A DNA stretch of 64,000 nt from an uncultured Verrucomicrobiae bacterium (GTDB lineage Bacteria; Verrucomicrobiota; Verrucomicrobiia; Chthoniobacterales; Terrimicrobiaceae), in contig CAVPOC010000007.1 of the NCBI GenBank assembly GCA_963706955.1, positions 50,086 to 114,085 on the forward strand, given 5' to 3'. The position numbers were made by a program, and so were the translations under genes. Within the stretch, counting starts at the first letter, position 1. Each line of letters opens with the position of its first letter. Positions 54,620-63,780 of the stretch are shown in pieces. Under the pieces are notes generated by a model, which did no database searches, had not been told where the DNA came from, and was given only the letters and a program-made list of their open reading frames with translations.

Positions 54620-55993
54620 TTACTTGGCGGCGGAATCTTTCTTTGCTGACGCGGCGCCGGCAAACTCCTCAGGAAACTTGCTGAGAAAGCTTTGGGTTGG
54701 CCACGAGCAAGCTTCGCCAAAGGCGCAAACCGTTCGGCCGGCGATATTGTCGGCGACACTCTTGAGCACGCTCGGATCCTTGCCCCGGCCGCTTCCCGCC
54801 AGCATCCGTGTCGTGATCTTCGACATCCAGAGGCTGCCTTCGCGGCACGGAGTGCACTGACCGCAACTTTCGTTGGCGTAGAATTGATTCAGGTTATTCA
54901 GTGCCCAGACCATATTGCGCGAATCATCCATCACCATGACGCCGCCGCTCCCCACCATCGTGCCGACGGAGGCCAGGCTGGAAGCGTCCATGACCACGTC
55001 GAGCATCTTGATCTCCTTGTCGACCAGCTTTCCTCCGGCATCCTTGCCCTTGATCTTGTAGACATCCTCGGCACGCATCACTTTTGCGGAACTTCCCCCG
55101 GGAATAACCGCTTTCAGTTTGCGACCGGGTTTGAGGCCTCCGCACACATCGAAGATCAATTCTCCGAGCGTCACGGCGCCGGCAGGAAGTTCGTAGAAAC
55201 CCGGCTTGACCACATCTCCGCTGACGCACATGGTTCGCGTTCCGCCGTCACCGGGAGTGCCCATCCGCGCATACTCGATGGCACCGAGACGGAGGATGTG
55301 TTTGATGTGGCAGATCGTCTCTACGTTGTTAACGATAGTCGGCTTGAGATAAAGCCCGAGGACCGCCGGAAAGTAGGGCGGTTTGATGCGCGGATACGGC
55401 CGCTTTCCCTCCAGAGATTCGAGAAGGCTCGTCTCCTCGCCACAAATATAGGCACCGGCACCTTGATGGACGAAAACATCCACATCGAAGCCCGAACCAA
55501 GAATATTCTGGCCGAGAAAACCTTTCGCGCGGGCGTCTTGAATCGCCGTCCAGACGATGCGGGCGGCCGCGGGAAATTCACACCTTATATAGATGTAACA
55601 AAGGTGCGTATTCGTGGCGTAGGCTGAGATGGCCAGACCTTCAATAAGTTGGTGCGGGTCGTAGTGGAGAATGTAGCGATCCTTGAAAGTTCCGGGCTCG
55701 GACTCGTCAGCATTGACGACGATATAGTGTGGTTTGCCGTCGTCGTACTTGATAAAGCCCCACTTGGCGCCGCAAGGAAAGCCAGCCCCACCGCGGCCAC
55801 GTAAATTGGAAGCCTTGACCGCATCAACAATCTCGGAAGGCTTCATCGTGACAGCTCTCCTTAGCGATTCATATCCACCGTGCGCGAGGTACGTTTCAAT
55901 ACTGGTGTCATAGCCAGGCTTGCTAATGTTCTCGAAAACAATCCGCCGTTCCTTTGGATGCGGCGCCGGCATGACAAAGGTTTTGCCGTTCAT
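54620..55993 (-). CDS. nuoF: NADH-quinone oxidoreductase subunit F
   Basis: LRGRGGAGFP.G.KW, NADESEPGTFKDR, GAGAYICGEET, ESCGQCTPCREG, C.FG.A..WP. Confidence 0.96.
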   Translation of the reverse strand: MNGKTFVMPAPHPKERRIVFENISKPGYDTSIETYLAHGGYESLRRAVTMKPSEIVDAVKASNLRGRGGAGFPCGAKWGFIKYDDGKPHYIVVNADESEPGTFKDRYILHYDPHQLIEGLAISAYATNTHLCYIYIRCEFPAAARIVWTAIQDARAKGFLGQNILGSGFDVDVFVHQGAGAYICGEETSLLESLEGKRPYPRIKPPYFPAVLGLYLKPTIVNNVETICHIKHILRLGAIEYARMGTPGDGGTRTMCVSGDVVKPGFYELPAGAVTLGELIFDVCGGLKPGRKLKAVIPGGSSAKVMRAEDVYKIKGKDAGGKLVDKEIKMLDVVMDASSLASVGTMVGSGGVMVMDDSRNMVWALNNLNQFYANESCGQCTPCREGSLWMSKITTRMLAGSGRGKDPSVLKSVADNIAGRTVCAFGEACSWPTQSFLSKFPEEFAGAASAKKDSAAK

Positions 55994-56538
55994 CTGTACT
56001 TTTCCACGATGTCAGGAACCGCTTCGGGAGCGATTCTTTCGTGGAGATCATCGTTAATCAGCGCGACCGGCGCACTGCCACAGCTGGCCAGGCACTCGAC
56101 GAATTCCACACTAAATTTTCCATCAGCGCTGGTGGGCGGCGCACTGCCATAGCCATGGTGCTCGGCATGCGGATCAAGGCCGACAGCCGCACAAAACCTC
56201 TCTCTAACGGCATAGCTGCCGGCCATCGCGCAGGCCAAAGTGCGGCAAACGCGAATAATCGTCTTCCCAGCCGCCTCGCGACGAAACCAGGGGTAAAAAG
56301 TCACCAGCTCGTAAATGTTGATTGGCTGAAGCTCGAGCCGGGTCGCGATCCAATCGATCCCCGTGTCATCGATGGACCCAAAGTGGTTCTGCCAATGATG
56401 GAGGAGAGGCAGCGCGGCGCTGCGCTTCGAAACCGGATAGTGCGAAACGAGCTCGTCAACCTCGGCCTCGAACTCCCGAGTCACCTTATCGGCCTGCCGC
56501 TCGGCGGCTGCCGGCTCAGCGGCAGAATCAACGATCAT
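55990..56538 (-). CDS. nuoE: NADH-quinone oxidoreductase subunit E
   Basis: YP..KRSA.LPLLH..Q, VTFYP.F, CRTLAC, ECLASC..AP; ATGA overlap with nuoF. Confidence 0.94.
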   Translation of the reverse strand: MIVDSAAEPAAAERQADKVTREFEAEVDELVSHYPVSKRSAALPLLHHWQNHFGSIDDTGIDWIATRLELQPINIYELVTFYPWFRREAAGKTIIRVCRTLACAMAGSYAVRERFCAAVGLDPHAEHHGYGSAPPTSADGKFSVEFVECLASCGSAPVALINDDLHERIAPEAVPDIVEKYR

Positions 56539-56642
56539 GTGCAAAGGTTTCGTGTTTTCCCACAACAGCTTCAAGCAAAACGATAGCCTAGGCCAAAAGA
56601 ATCACGCCTTCAACTGTTGCCGTTGAGATGAGCCGATAACTT

Positions 56643-57677
56643 TCACCCGGCGGTCATTTGGTACTTCGTCGCCATGTTTCGAACGGTTGTGCAAATCCGC
56701 TTTCGCAGCTCGGGTGGCTCGATCACCTCGGCATGATCACCCCAACTAAGGATCCAGTTCTCAAGATCCGGGGCGATGCCCACGCGCATCGTCAACTCCA
56801 TCCCGCCACCAGCCGCCGGACGCATCTTTTGCGATTTGTGCCATTGGCGTTCGCGCACCAGGCGGGCGGCGAACGCATCAAAGCGGATTTTCACGTGCTC
56901 GGTGCGCGCAGCTTGAAAGGCAGAAAAGCTGCCCGCGAGCATCTTTGCCGCCGAGAAATCCGTCGGGCGCGCAAAGGGAATTTTCAGATTCTTGACATTA
57001 GCAATGCGTGTCAACGCGAAGGTCCTCAGTTGGCCGCGGGACCGATCGGCGCCAATCAAATACCATTGGTTGTTAATGCAGGCGAGATGATAGGGCGCGA
57101 CCTGCCGGAGCTCCGGCTTGCTCGCCCGAAGAGAAAAATAATCAAACTCAACCACACGGTTAGACACAACTGCCTCGGTTAAGGTTTCGAAAACTTCGAT
57201 TTGACTGTTGGGAACGCCGGCCGAGTGAAATGAGACGGCCTCAGACAAATCATGGAGGGAGATGTTCGTCTCGCCGGTAAGACTGGAGACCAGCTTCTGA
57301 AAGGCCGATTGGAGCGGTTTCTCAAAAGAGGTGCCGCGATACTGCTCGGCCGCTTTTTGCGCGACCAGCAAGGCGACCACCTCACCTTCACTCACGGTGA
57401 TCAAGGGAAATTGACCCACCGGGCGCGAGTAGAAGAAGCCATGCCCGCGGCTGTCGTACTCGATCGGCAGCATCAGTTGGTCTCTCATGAAATCCACGTC
57501 GCGTTGCACCGTCTTCGCCGACACCTCAAATTCCCTCGCCAAGACCGAACAGTTCGGAGCCCGATCTGCGGAAAGAAGCTCATGGATCCGCAGCATCCGC
57601 AGGAAGGGAGGCCGTGTGACTCGTGATCCGGCGAGGCCTCGCGGTGAGCCACTGGCAATTTTTTTCGGCCGCGACAT
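56643..57677 (-). CDS. HTH-WYL-WCX transcriptional regulator
   Basis: RPP..RM..IH..L....PNCS.LAREFEVS.KTVQRD.DFMRD...LPIEYD; R.V.PYHL....NQWYLIG.D..R...RTFALTRI; WILSWG.HAEV.EP.ELR. Start trimmed to ATG 57677. Confidence 0.93.
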   Translation of the reverse strand: MSRPKKIASGSPRGLAGSRVTRPPFLRMLRIHELLSADRAPNCSVLAREFEVSAKTVQRDVDFMRDQLMLPIEYDSRGHGFFYSRPVGQFPLITVSEGEVVALLVAQKAAEQYRGTSFEKPLQSAFQKLVSSLTGETNISLHDLSEAVSFHSAGVPNSQIEVFETLTEAVVSNRVVEFDYFSLRASKPELRQVAPYHLACINNQWYLIGADRSRGQLRTFALTRIANVKNLKIPFARPTDFSAAKMLAGSFSAFQAARTEHVKIRFDAFAARLVRERQWHKSQKMRPAAGGGMELTMRVGIAPDLENWILSWGDHAEVIEPPELRKRICTTVRNMATKYQMTAG

Positions 57678-57683
57678 GGTATA

Positions 57684-57716
57684 GGACATCAAATGTCCCA
57701 TCCATCCCGCTAGAGT
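57684..57716. promoter_or_regulatory. putative WYL-regulator operator GGACAT-CAA-ATGTCC plus -10 box TAGAGT
   Basis: Perfect 6-bp inverted repeat in the 46-bp divergent gap; TAGAGT lies 7 nt before ATG 57724. Confidence 0.6.
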
Positions 57717-57723
57717 CAAGCGC

Positions 57724-57891
57724 ATGATGAAAAACTTTCCACATCTTTTCGTGAGAGTCTCCGCGAAGGACTCGCCTATCTGCCGACAAATGGAACTCTC
57801 TCTACCCGGCTCACGGCTGACCCGTGACGAAGCGCAGTTTCTGCGCAACCTCCGCAGAATCCGTGAGCAGCTTGCGGAATCCCGGACATGA
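57724..57891 (+). CDS. 55-aa micro-protein divergent from the WYL regulator
   Basis: Manual translation: MMKNFPHLFVRVSAKDSPICRQMELSLPGSRLTRDEAQFLRNLRRIREQLAESRT*; below the ORF-track cutoff. Confidence 0.55.
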   Translation: MMKNFPHLFVRVSAKDSPICRQMELSLPGSRLTRDEAQFLRNLRRIREQLAESRT

Positions 57892-57930
57892 GCTGGTCCT
57901 GACGGCGAGTATGGGTGGATCTGGTTTTTT

Positions 57931-58302
57931 AACCACAGAGGGCACAGAGAACACAGAGAGGTGAAGAAAGGAATCTTAGGCGTCTCTGGCCAATGCGAGA
58001 TTGACCTCAAAGGAGGGTAGCGATTCAAGCAAGCGCGTCCCGGGCATATAAATCGCCTCACGCAATATTAACCTCAGAAATCTCTTTATTCGGAAACTCT
58101 GTGTCCTCTGTGGTTTATCGTCGCTGGTCAGCATTTTCGTTGTGCACGCGCAATAGAGACGAGCTCGGGAAGGCGGTAGGACTCGGGGCAGGTAAGGTGG
58201 TCATTCGAGCAAGCACGACCCTGGCACGTAATCGCCTAACGCGATAATAGCCTCAGGAAGCTCTTTGTTCGGAACTCTGTCGCCTCTGTGTCCTCTGTGG
58301 TT
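57931..58302. repeat. 9-nt-period CACAGAG repeats in inverted orientation
   Basis: AACCACAGAG GGCACAGAG AACACAGAG at 57931-57958 versus CTCTGTG TCCTCTGTGGTT at 58097-58115 and CTCTGTCGC CTCTGTGTC CTCTGTGGTT at 58275-58302. Confidence 0.75.
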
Positions 58303-58519
58303 TGGTCGTAGTGGTCAGCATCTTCGTGAGGCACGCGCAGTTGAGAGAGCTGGAAAACGGCGCTGTGCGCGACTGCTCTGGCGCAATCGTCCTCTTGCAG
58401 CTATGATCTGGCTTCCATGATGCACGAAAGACCTACCAGGAGCCAGCTTGAGGTCCGCCGAGCGGTTCCAGGCCGGAGGACGTGCGATTAGGCACACGGT
58501 CTTTCTCTGTCGCTTTTCT

Positions 58520-59443
58520 ATGCACGCTCAAGACATTTTCCGATCCACGCGAACGACCTTTTCGTTTGAGTTTTTTCCGCCAAAGAGTGCCGAGGCGGTG
58601 GAAAGTCTCTATGGAATCATTCGAGAGCTGGAAGTCTATCAGCCGCATTTCGTCAGCGTCACTTATGGTGCGGGTGGCTCCACACGTGAGTTGACCCATG
58701 ATCTGGTCGAGCGGATCAAGCGCACGACGTCTTTGGACCCTGTTCCCCACCTCACGTGTGTGTGCCACAACGACGCGGAGATCGCCGGAATCCTCGAACG
58801 TTACGCGCAGGCCGGCGTCAGCAATATTCTCTCACTTGGTGGCGATGCTCCAAAAGGCCTCCAATATCGCAAGGCCGACGATCACTTCCAACACGCGGTC
58901 GATTTGGTCAAATTCATACGAAAGTTCAATGAATCGGGCCACCACTCCGACCGGCGAGGATTCGGAATTGGAGTCGCGGGATTTCCGGAAGGCCATCCAG
59001 CTACTCCCAACCGGTTGCTCGAGATGGATTATCTCAAGCAAAAGGTAGACGCTGGAGCGGACTACATTGTCACCCAACTTTTCTTCGATAATCGGGATTT
59101 CCTCGATTTTCGTGATCGATGTGAGCTTGCCGGCATCAATGTCCCAATTGTGGCGGGGATCATGCCGATCACATCTCTCGGCGGGATGAAACGCATGGCC
59201 GAACTGGCTGCAGGTGCACGCTTTCCGGCAAGGCTTCTACGCGCGTTGCAACGCTGCCAGGACGATCCGGAAAGCGTCGCGCGCGTTGGCATTCACCATG
59301 CTTCCGAGCAATGCCATGATCTTCTCGAGCACAAAGTTCGGGGAATTCATTTTTACACGCTTAATCGTTCCGACGCGACGCGGCAGATCTTCGACAGTCT
59401 TGGGCTGAGGCACTCGCGAGGGAAGAGCGCTCAGGTTGCCTGA
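58520..59443 (+). CDS. metF: 5,10-methylenetetrahydrofolate reductase
   Basis: FSFEFFPPK, FVSVTYGAGGSTR, PHLTC, GFPEGHP, KVDAGAD...TQLFFDN, GIMPI, HFYTLN. Confidence 0.96.
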   Translation: MHAQDIFRSTRTTFSFEFFPPKSAEAVESLYGIIRELEVYQPHFVSVTYGAGGSTRELTHDLVERIKRTTSLDPVPHLTCVCHNDAEIAGILERYAQAGVSNILSLGGDAPKGLQYRKADDHFQHAVDLVKFIRKFNESGHHSDRRGFGIGVAGFPEGHPATPNRLLEMDYLKQKVDAGADYIVTQLFFDNRDFLDFRDRCELAGINVPIVAGIMPITSLGGMKRMAELAAGARFPARLLRALQRCQDDPESVARVGIHHASEQCHDLLEHKVRGIHFYTLNRSDATRQIFDSLGLRHSRGKSAQVA

Positions 59444-59694
59444 GAGCCTCGCCTACTTTTTTCGTTAGGAAGGACTTGCCTTTTCTGAGGCAACGGCGTA
59501 TGAGGCCGTGCAGCATGCATACTCAGCTTGCTATTGTAAAGGTAGTCGTAGTCTCCGGGGCGGTAGCCCTTGGGGACCGTGGTGCCTTTGCAGAACTGAC
59601 CTGAATCGTTCACAAAGTCCCACGGCCCGCCGAAGGTCGTGGGAGGATCCGATCACGACCGCAGGCAGACCGGGGTTCACACAAGACAACAATC

Positions 59695-60492
59695 ATGAAT
59701 CCCACAACAATAAAAGAAAACTACACGCCGGGGCACACGCCAAACGCGTTTAGCTTCATGGCCGTGCGAGACCTCGACAGCCACGGCTTCTTCCTGACTC
59801 CTTTCTTGCAAGCCGATCTGGAGGTTCTGGATGCGGGCTGCGGCCCGGCCACGATCAGCGCCGACATTGCTGACGTCGTCTTTCCAGGCAAAGTGACCGC
59901 TCTCGACGTCTCCTCCTCGGAGCTCGATCACGGCCGCCGTCTTGCCGAGGGGCGCGAAATCGTAAATCTGGAGTTCGTCGCGGGTTCGGCTTACGAGATG
60001 CCCTTTCCCGACAATTCTTTCGACGTTGTTTTTTCCCTCGATCTCTTCGAACATTTGAGCGAGCCCCTGAAGGCCCTGCGGGAATTTCACCGAGTGGTGC
60101 GCCCAGGAGGCTTCGTGGCGCTAAGCACGCCTGATTGGGATGCAATCGAGATCAGCCCGCTGCCGATGGCTCTCGGCCGCGCAATTAACGCGTATCGAGA
60201 TTTGGAGGAAAGAAATGGAGGGAACAGTCGCGCCGGACTTCACCTGGGTGAATGGCTGGTCGACGCTGGGTTCGCACCGCTCTCCAATGGCGATTGGATC
60301 GAGGAATACGAGGAACCGCGCCGGTTTGCGGAATATCTTGGTCTCCAACTGGAGACGGCGGGCCTGTTTCATCATGCCACCGCATTGCGCGACTGGGTCC
60401 GGGAGCCGGACGCGAGCTTTCGGCAGTCGTGGAAATATGTCACCGGGGTCCGCCCAAGCGCCAACAAACGACGCAAGCGGGTTACGGAATGA
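59695..60492 (+). CDS. class I SAM-dependent methyltransferase
   Basis: VLDAGCGP, PFPDNSFDVV, L.E..RV.RPGG. Confidence 0.9.
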   Translation: MNPTTIKENYTPGHTPNAFSFMAVRDLDSHGFFLTPFLQADLEVLDAGCGPATISADIADVVFPGKVTALDVSSSELDHGRRLAEGREIVNLEFVAGSAYEMPFPDNSFDVVFSLDLFEHLSEPLKALREFHRVVRPGGFVALSTPDWDAIEISPLPMALGRAINAYRDLEERNGGNSRAGLHLGEWLVDAGFAPLSNGDWIEEYEEPRRFAEYLGLQLETAGLFHHATALRDWVREPDASFRQSWKYVTGVRPSANKRRKRVTE

Positions 60493-60569
60493 TTGGTCGG
60501 ACGGGGTGTCCGGAAGCACATAACGCGGGACGCTCTCTTGACCAGTGAGCATCCTTCCTGCCCCCGGCC

Positions 60570-61112
60570 TCACGCCATTATCGAACGAGCGATTTCGTTT
60601 GATTTTTCGGCTCCGAAAAGCGCCTCGACCAAAGCAAGACCGAAGTCGACCGCGGTGCCGGCACCTCGTGAAGTGAGGATCGCTTCGTCTCGAACCACTC
60701 TCTGGTCGGCGAGCGCCTCCGGCAGTTCTTCAAAAACCGAGAAATGCGCGGTAAACTTCTTGCCCTCCAGCAAGTGAGCGTCTTTGAGAACGGTCGGGCC
60801 AGCGCAAATCGCTGCGACCATTTTCCCTGACTTGTGGAAGGCTCGGGCAAGTTTGGCCGGACGTCCGTCCGCTCGAAGCGCTTTCACGCCTGGCCCGCCG
60901 GGGACCACCAACAGGTCAAACTCTTGCTCGGCGACGTCGGCGAGTGCCGCATCGGCCCGAAGCGTAATTTGGCTGCGTCCGGTGACGAGTGGCTCGCCGC
61001 TCACTGAGGCGACGATCACCTCGGCATCGGCTCGCCTAAGCAGGTCAATGGGTGTGACCGTCTCGATTTCCTCGAACCCGGCTCCGAGCAAAAAGAGGAC
61101 ACGCTTTTTCAT
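60570..61112 (-). CDS. DJ-1/ThiJ/YajL family protein
   Basis: GFEEIE.VTPIDLLRRA, VPGG.G, AAICAGP, TSRGAGTA.DF.L.LVE.L. Confidence 0.92.
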   Translation of the reverse strand: MKKRVLFLLGAGFEEIETVTPIDLLRRADAEVIVASVSGEPLVTGRSQITLRADAALADVAEQEFDLLVVPGGPGVKALRADGRPAKLARAFHKSGKMVAAICAGPTVLKDAHLLEGKKFTAHFSVFEELPEALADQRVVRDEAILTSRGAGTAVDFGLALVEALFGAEKSNEIARSIMA

Positions 61113-61117
61113 AGTCA

Positions 61118-61483
61118 CTATTCAACGTCGGCCGCATTCGCGGTCAAATCTTCCAGGGAAACAAACTCGATTGTCGATGCGTGCGTTGCTTCCAAGATGA
61201 TCGGCGGAGCCACCCCGGCATCCAAAGCCTCCTTCCACCGGCTGACGCAGAGGCACCAGCGGTCTCCGGCGACGAGGCCAGGAAACCCGAACTCCGGATG
61301 GGGTGTGATCAGATCGTTTCCTCGAGAGCGCGAAAATTGCAGAAACTCCGCAGTCATGACCGCGCAAACTGTGTGCAGTCCGACATCGCCAGGACCGGTG
61401 CGGCAAAAACCATCTCGATAGAACCCCGTGGCCGGCTGCAGGCAGCAGCACTGTAAATCCCCGCCAAGAACGTTGGATGGCAT
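61118..61483 (-). CDS. DUF2237 family protein
   Basis: NVLGG.L..C...P.TGFYRDGFC.TGP.D.G.HTVCA, GNDL.TP.P..GFPGL..GDRWCLC..RW. Confidence 0.9.
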   Translation of the reverse strand: MPSNVLGGDLQCCCLQPATGFYRDGFCRTGPGDVGLHTVCAVMTAEFLQFSRSRGNDLITPHPEFGFPGLVAGDRWCLCVSRWKEALDAGVAPPIILEATHASTIEFVSLEDLTANAADVE

Positions 61484-61554
61484 GGTCGAACAATATGCGA
61501 AAAGGCGCCGCGCGGCAGTTGAAAGTTGAGGGCGAGTCGGATTTCTTCTTTTCC

Positions 61555-62496
61555 ATGAAGACGAGCCTTCTTGGAAATTCAGACATGGGGATTACACGAT
61601 TTGGATTTGGGGCATGGGCGGCCGGCGGCGCTTGGCAATATGGATGGGGCACGCAAGATGACAGCGATTCCGTGGCCGCGATCCATCGCGCTCTCGAGTT
61701 CGGTATCAACTGGATCGACACGGCCGCGGTTTATGGCTTGGGACACTCCGAAGAGGTCGTGGCCAAGGCTCTGGCGGCGTGGTCCGGACCGAAGCCTTAC
61801 GTTTTCACCAAGTGCGGCATGATCTGGAACGAGAAGCGGGAGGTCGACTATTCCCTCAAGGCGAATTCCATTCGCCGCGAATGCGAGAACAGTCTTCGAC
61901 GGCTGAACACTGAGGTGATTGATCTCTACCAAATTCACTGGCCAGCGGACGATTTGTCGGAGACGCAGGAGGGATGGACGGCGCTCGCAGCGTTGCAGAA
62001 AGAGGGAAAAGTCCGTTGGATCGGCGCGTCGAATTTCAGCCGGGAAGAACTCCAGGCTGCGCAAGTCATCGCTCCGATAACGTCCCTGCAGCCGCCCTAC
62101 TCACTGATCCGCCGCGAGATCGAGAGCGGTGTCCTGCCCTACTGCAAAGAACACGGAATTGGCGTAATCGCCTACTCACCGATGGGTTCCGGACTGCTTA
62201 CTGGCACAATGACTCGCGAGCGCGTCGCCACGCTTGCCGCGGACGACTGGCGCAGCAAGAACTCAGAATTTCAAGAGCCGAAGCTTTCCGAAAATCTTAC
62301 GATCGCCCAGCGAGTTAAGGTGGTGGCGGATCGGCGCGGCGTCTCTGCAGGCGCGGTGGCGGCGGCATGGACGCTGCAGAATCCGGCCGTGACAGGCGCA
62401 ATTATCGGGGCAAGGAATGCCCGGCAAGTTGAGGAAATCTTTCCTCATGCCGATGTGGCGTTGGCGCCGGAAGAGGTGGCTGAGATTCAAAGCTGA
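61555..62496 (+). CDS. aldo/keto reductase
   Basis: GFGAWA.GG, GINWIDTA.VYGLGHSEE, TKCG, IDLYQIHWP, SLQPPYSL, YSPM.SGLLTG. Confidence 0.94.
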   Translation: MKTSLLGNSDMGITRFGFGAWAAGGAWQYGWGTQDDSDSVAAIHRALEFGINWIDTAAVYGLGHSEEVVAKALAAWSGPKPYVFTKCGMIWNEKREVDYSLKANSIRRECENSLRRLNTEVIDLYQIHWPADDLSETQEGWTALAALQKEGKVRWIGASNFSREELQAAQVIAPITSLQPPYSLIRREIESGVLPYCKEHGIGVIAYSPMGSGLLTGTMTRERVATLAADDWRSKNSEFQEPKLSENLTIAQRVKVVADRRGVSAGAVAAAWTLQNPAVTGAIIGARNARQVEEIFPHADVALAPEEVAEIQS

Positions 62497-62532
62497 TCAG
62501 CCCGCTCTCAGCTCACGCCTTCCATCTTAACC

Positions 62533-63780
62533 GTGCCACTCCGAGTCCTTTTCGTCCCGTTCGGAAGCGAGGGAGACGTGAACCCACTCTTGTGGCTTGC
62601 GGAGGGCATGGCCGACCGAGGACACGAACCAACTTTCGTGATTACTCCCCACTACGGACCGCTCATCGAGGAACGAGGATACCGGTGGATTCCCGTCGGC
62701 ACGAAGGAAGATTTCCTTCGATTCGCGCGAGATCCTCGGATCTGGAGCCGACTGTACGGGCCCGGCGTGGTCATGGAAGGGATGATCAGGACGCTTCCAG
62801 CTTATCGACAGGCGATCGAGGACGCCAAGGACAGCTTCAATCTCATTGTCCTGTCCAGCCTAGCCTTGGCCGCCGCGGCGACGGCAGAGGCGGCGAAAAT
62901 TCCACGGTTAACCCTCCATATGCAGCCTGCGCTCTTTCGAAGCATCTACGAGTGCCCCGTCTTCATGGAAGAGTTGGCATGGCTGACCCGAGCACCACGC
63001 TGGATCAAGCGTCTCTTCTTTGCTCTGGTCGACGTGCTTGTTTGGGAGCGCGTCCGAAGGCGACTGAATGCCTTTCGCGGCGGAATAGGTCTCCCTCCCC
63101 TCCAGAGTTTCTTTCATGACGCGCTTCATGGAGCAGAGGGGGTGGCAGCGTTGTTCCCACGTTGGTTTGCGGCTCCACAGCCTGACTGGCCAGCACGGGT
63201 TCGACAATTTGGATTTCCGATTGCCAGCAAGGCACGTCCGCTCTCCGATTCTCTTGAGAACTTCCTAAAGGCGGGTGAGTCGCCGTTGGTATGGACTCAC
63301 GGCTCAGCCAATTTTGATATCGGGCATTTTCAATCCCGGGCGCTTGAGGTCTCGCGCGAGCTCAATCTCCGATGTTTGCTCATCAGTCTTGATGCTCCCG
63401 CAGCCCTGGCCGACAACGCCTTCCACGTCGCGCACGCTCGTTTCGAGGACCTATTTCCCCGCTGCAAGGCCGTTGTCCATCACGGCGGGATCGGAACGAC
63501 AGCCAAGTGCATCGCAGCAGGTATCCCGCAACTCATCATCCCGCGTTCGCATGATCAGCCCGACAATGCTCAACGCGTTGTTAAGCTAGGTCTCGGAAAG
63601 GCACTTTCCTACCGTCACACCGATACCGCACAACTTGCCACAACCTTGCGGCAACTTCTCGCATCTGAAACAACCTTCTCCCGCTGCAGAGAATTCCAGC
63701 AGCGAGTGCTGCGGACCAACACTCTGTCCGATGTCTCGGATTGGGCGGAGCAGATCGCCAGGGACGGGGCAAAACGATAA
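62533..63780 (+). CDS. GT1/GT28-type glycosyltransferase (RhlB-like)
   Basis: GSEGDVNP, LFP.WFA.PQPDWP, VHHGGIGTT...AGIPQL..P..HDQPDNA. Confidence 0.88.
   Translation: MPLRVLFVPFGSEGDVNPLLWLAEGMADRGHEPTFVITPHYGPLIEERGYRWIPVGTKEDFLRFARDPRIWSRLYGPGVVMEGMIRTLPAYRQAIEDAKDSFNLIVLSSLALAAAATAEAAKIPRLTLHMQPALFRSIYECPVFMEELAWLTRAPRWIKRLFFALVDVLVWERVRRRLNAFRGGIGLPPLQSFFHDALHGAEGVAALFPRWFAAPQPDWPARVRQFGFPIASKARPLSDSLENFLKAGESPLVWTHGSANFDIGHFQSRALEVSRELNLRCLLISLDAPAALADNAFHVAHARFEDLFPRCKAVVHHGGIGTTAKCIAAGIPQLIIPRSHDQPDNAQRVVKLGLGKALSYRHTDTAQLATTLRQLLASETTFSRCREFQQRVLRTNTLSDVSDWAEQIARDGAKR

Noticed and set aside
57678..58061. 128-codon N-terminal extension of the WYL ORF in the track
   Set aside because: It runs through repeats and the divergent micro-ORF; the HTH begins just after ATG 57677
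57931..58302. CRISPR or WYL-associated defence island
   Set aside because: 9-nt units without spacers, and the neighbours are nuoEF and metF, not defence genes
58340..58370. SAH riboswitch (AACGGCGCT present upstream of metF)
   Set aside because: The required upstream GAGGAGCG...CAGGCTC core is absent
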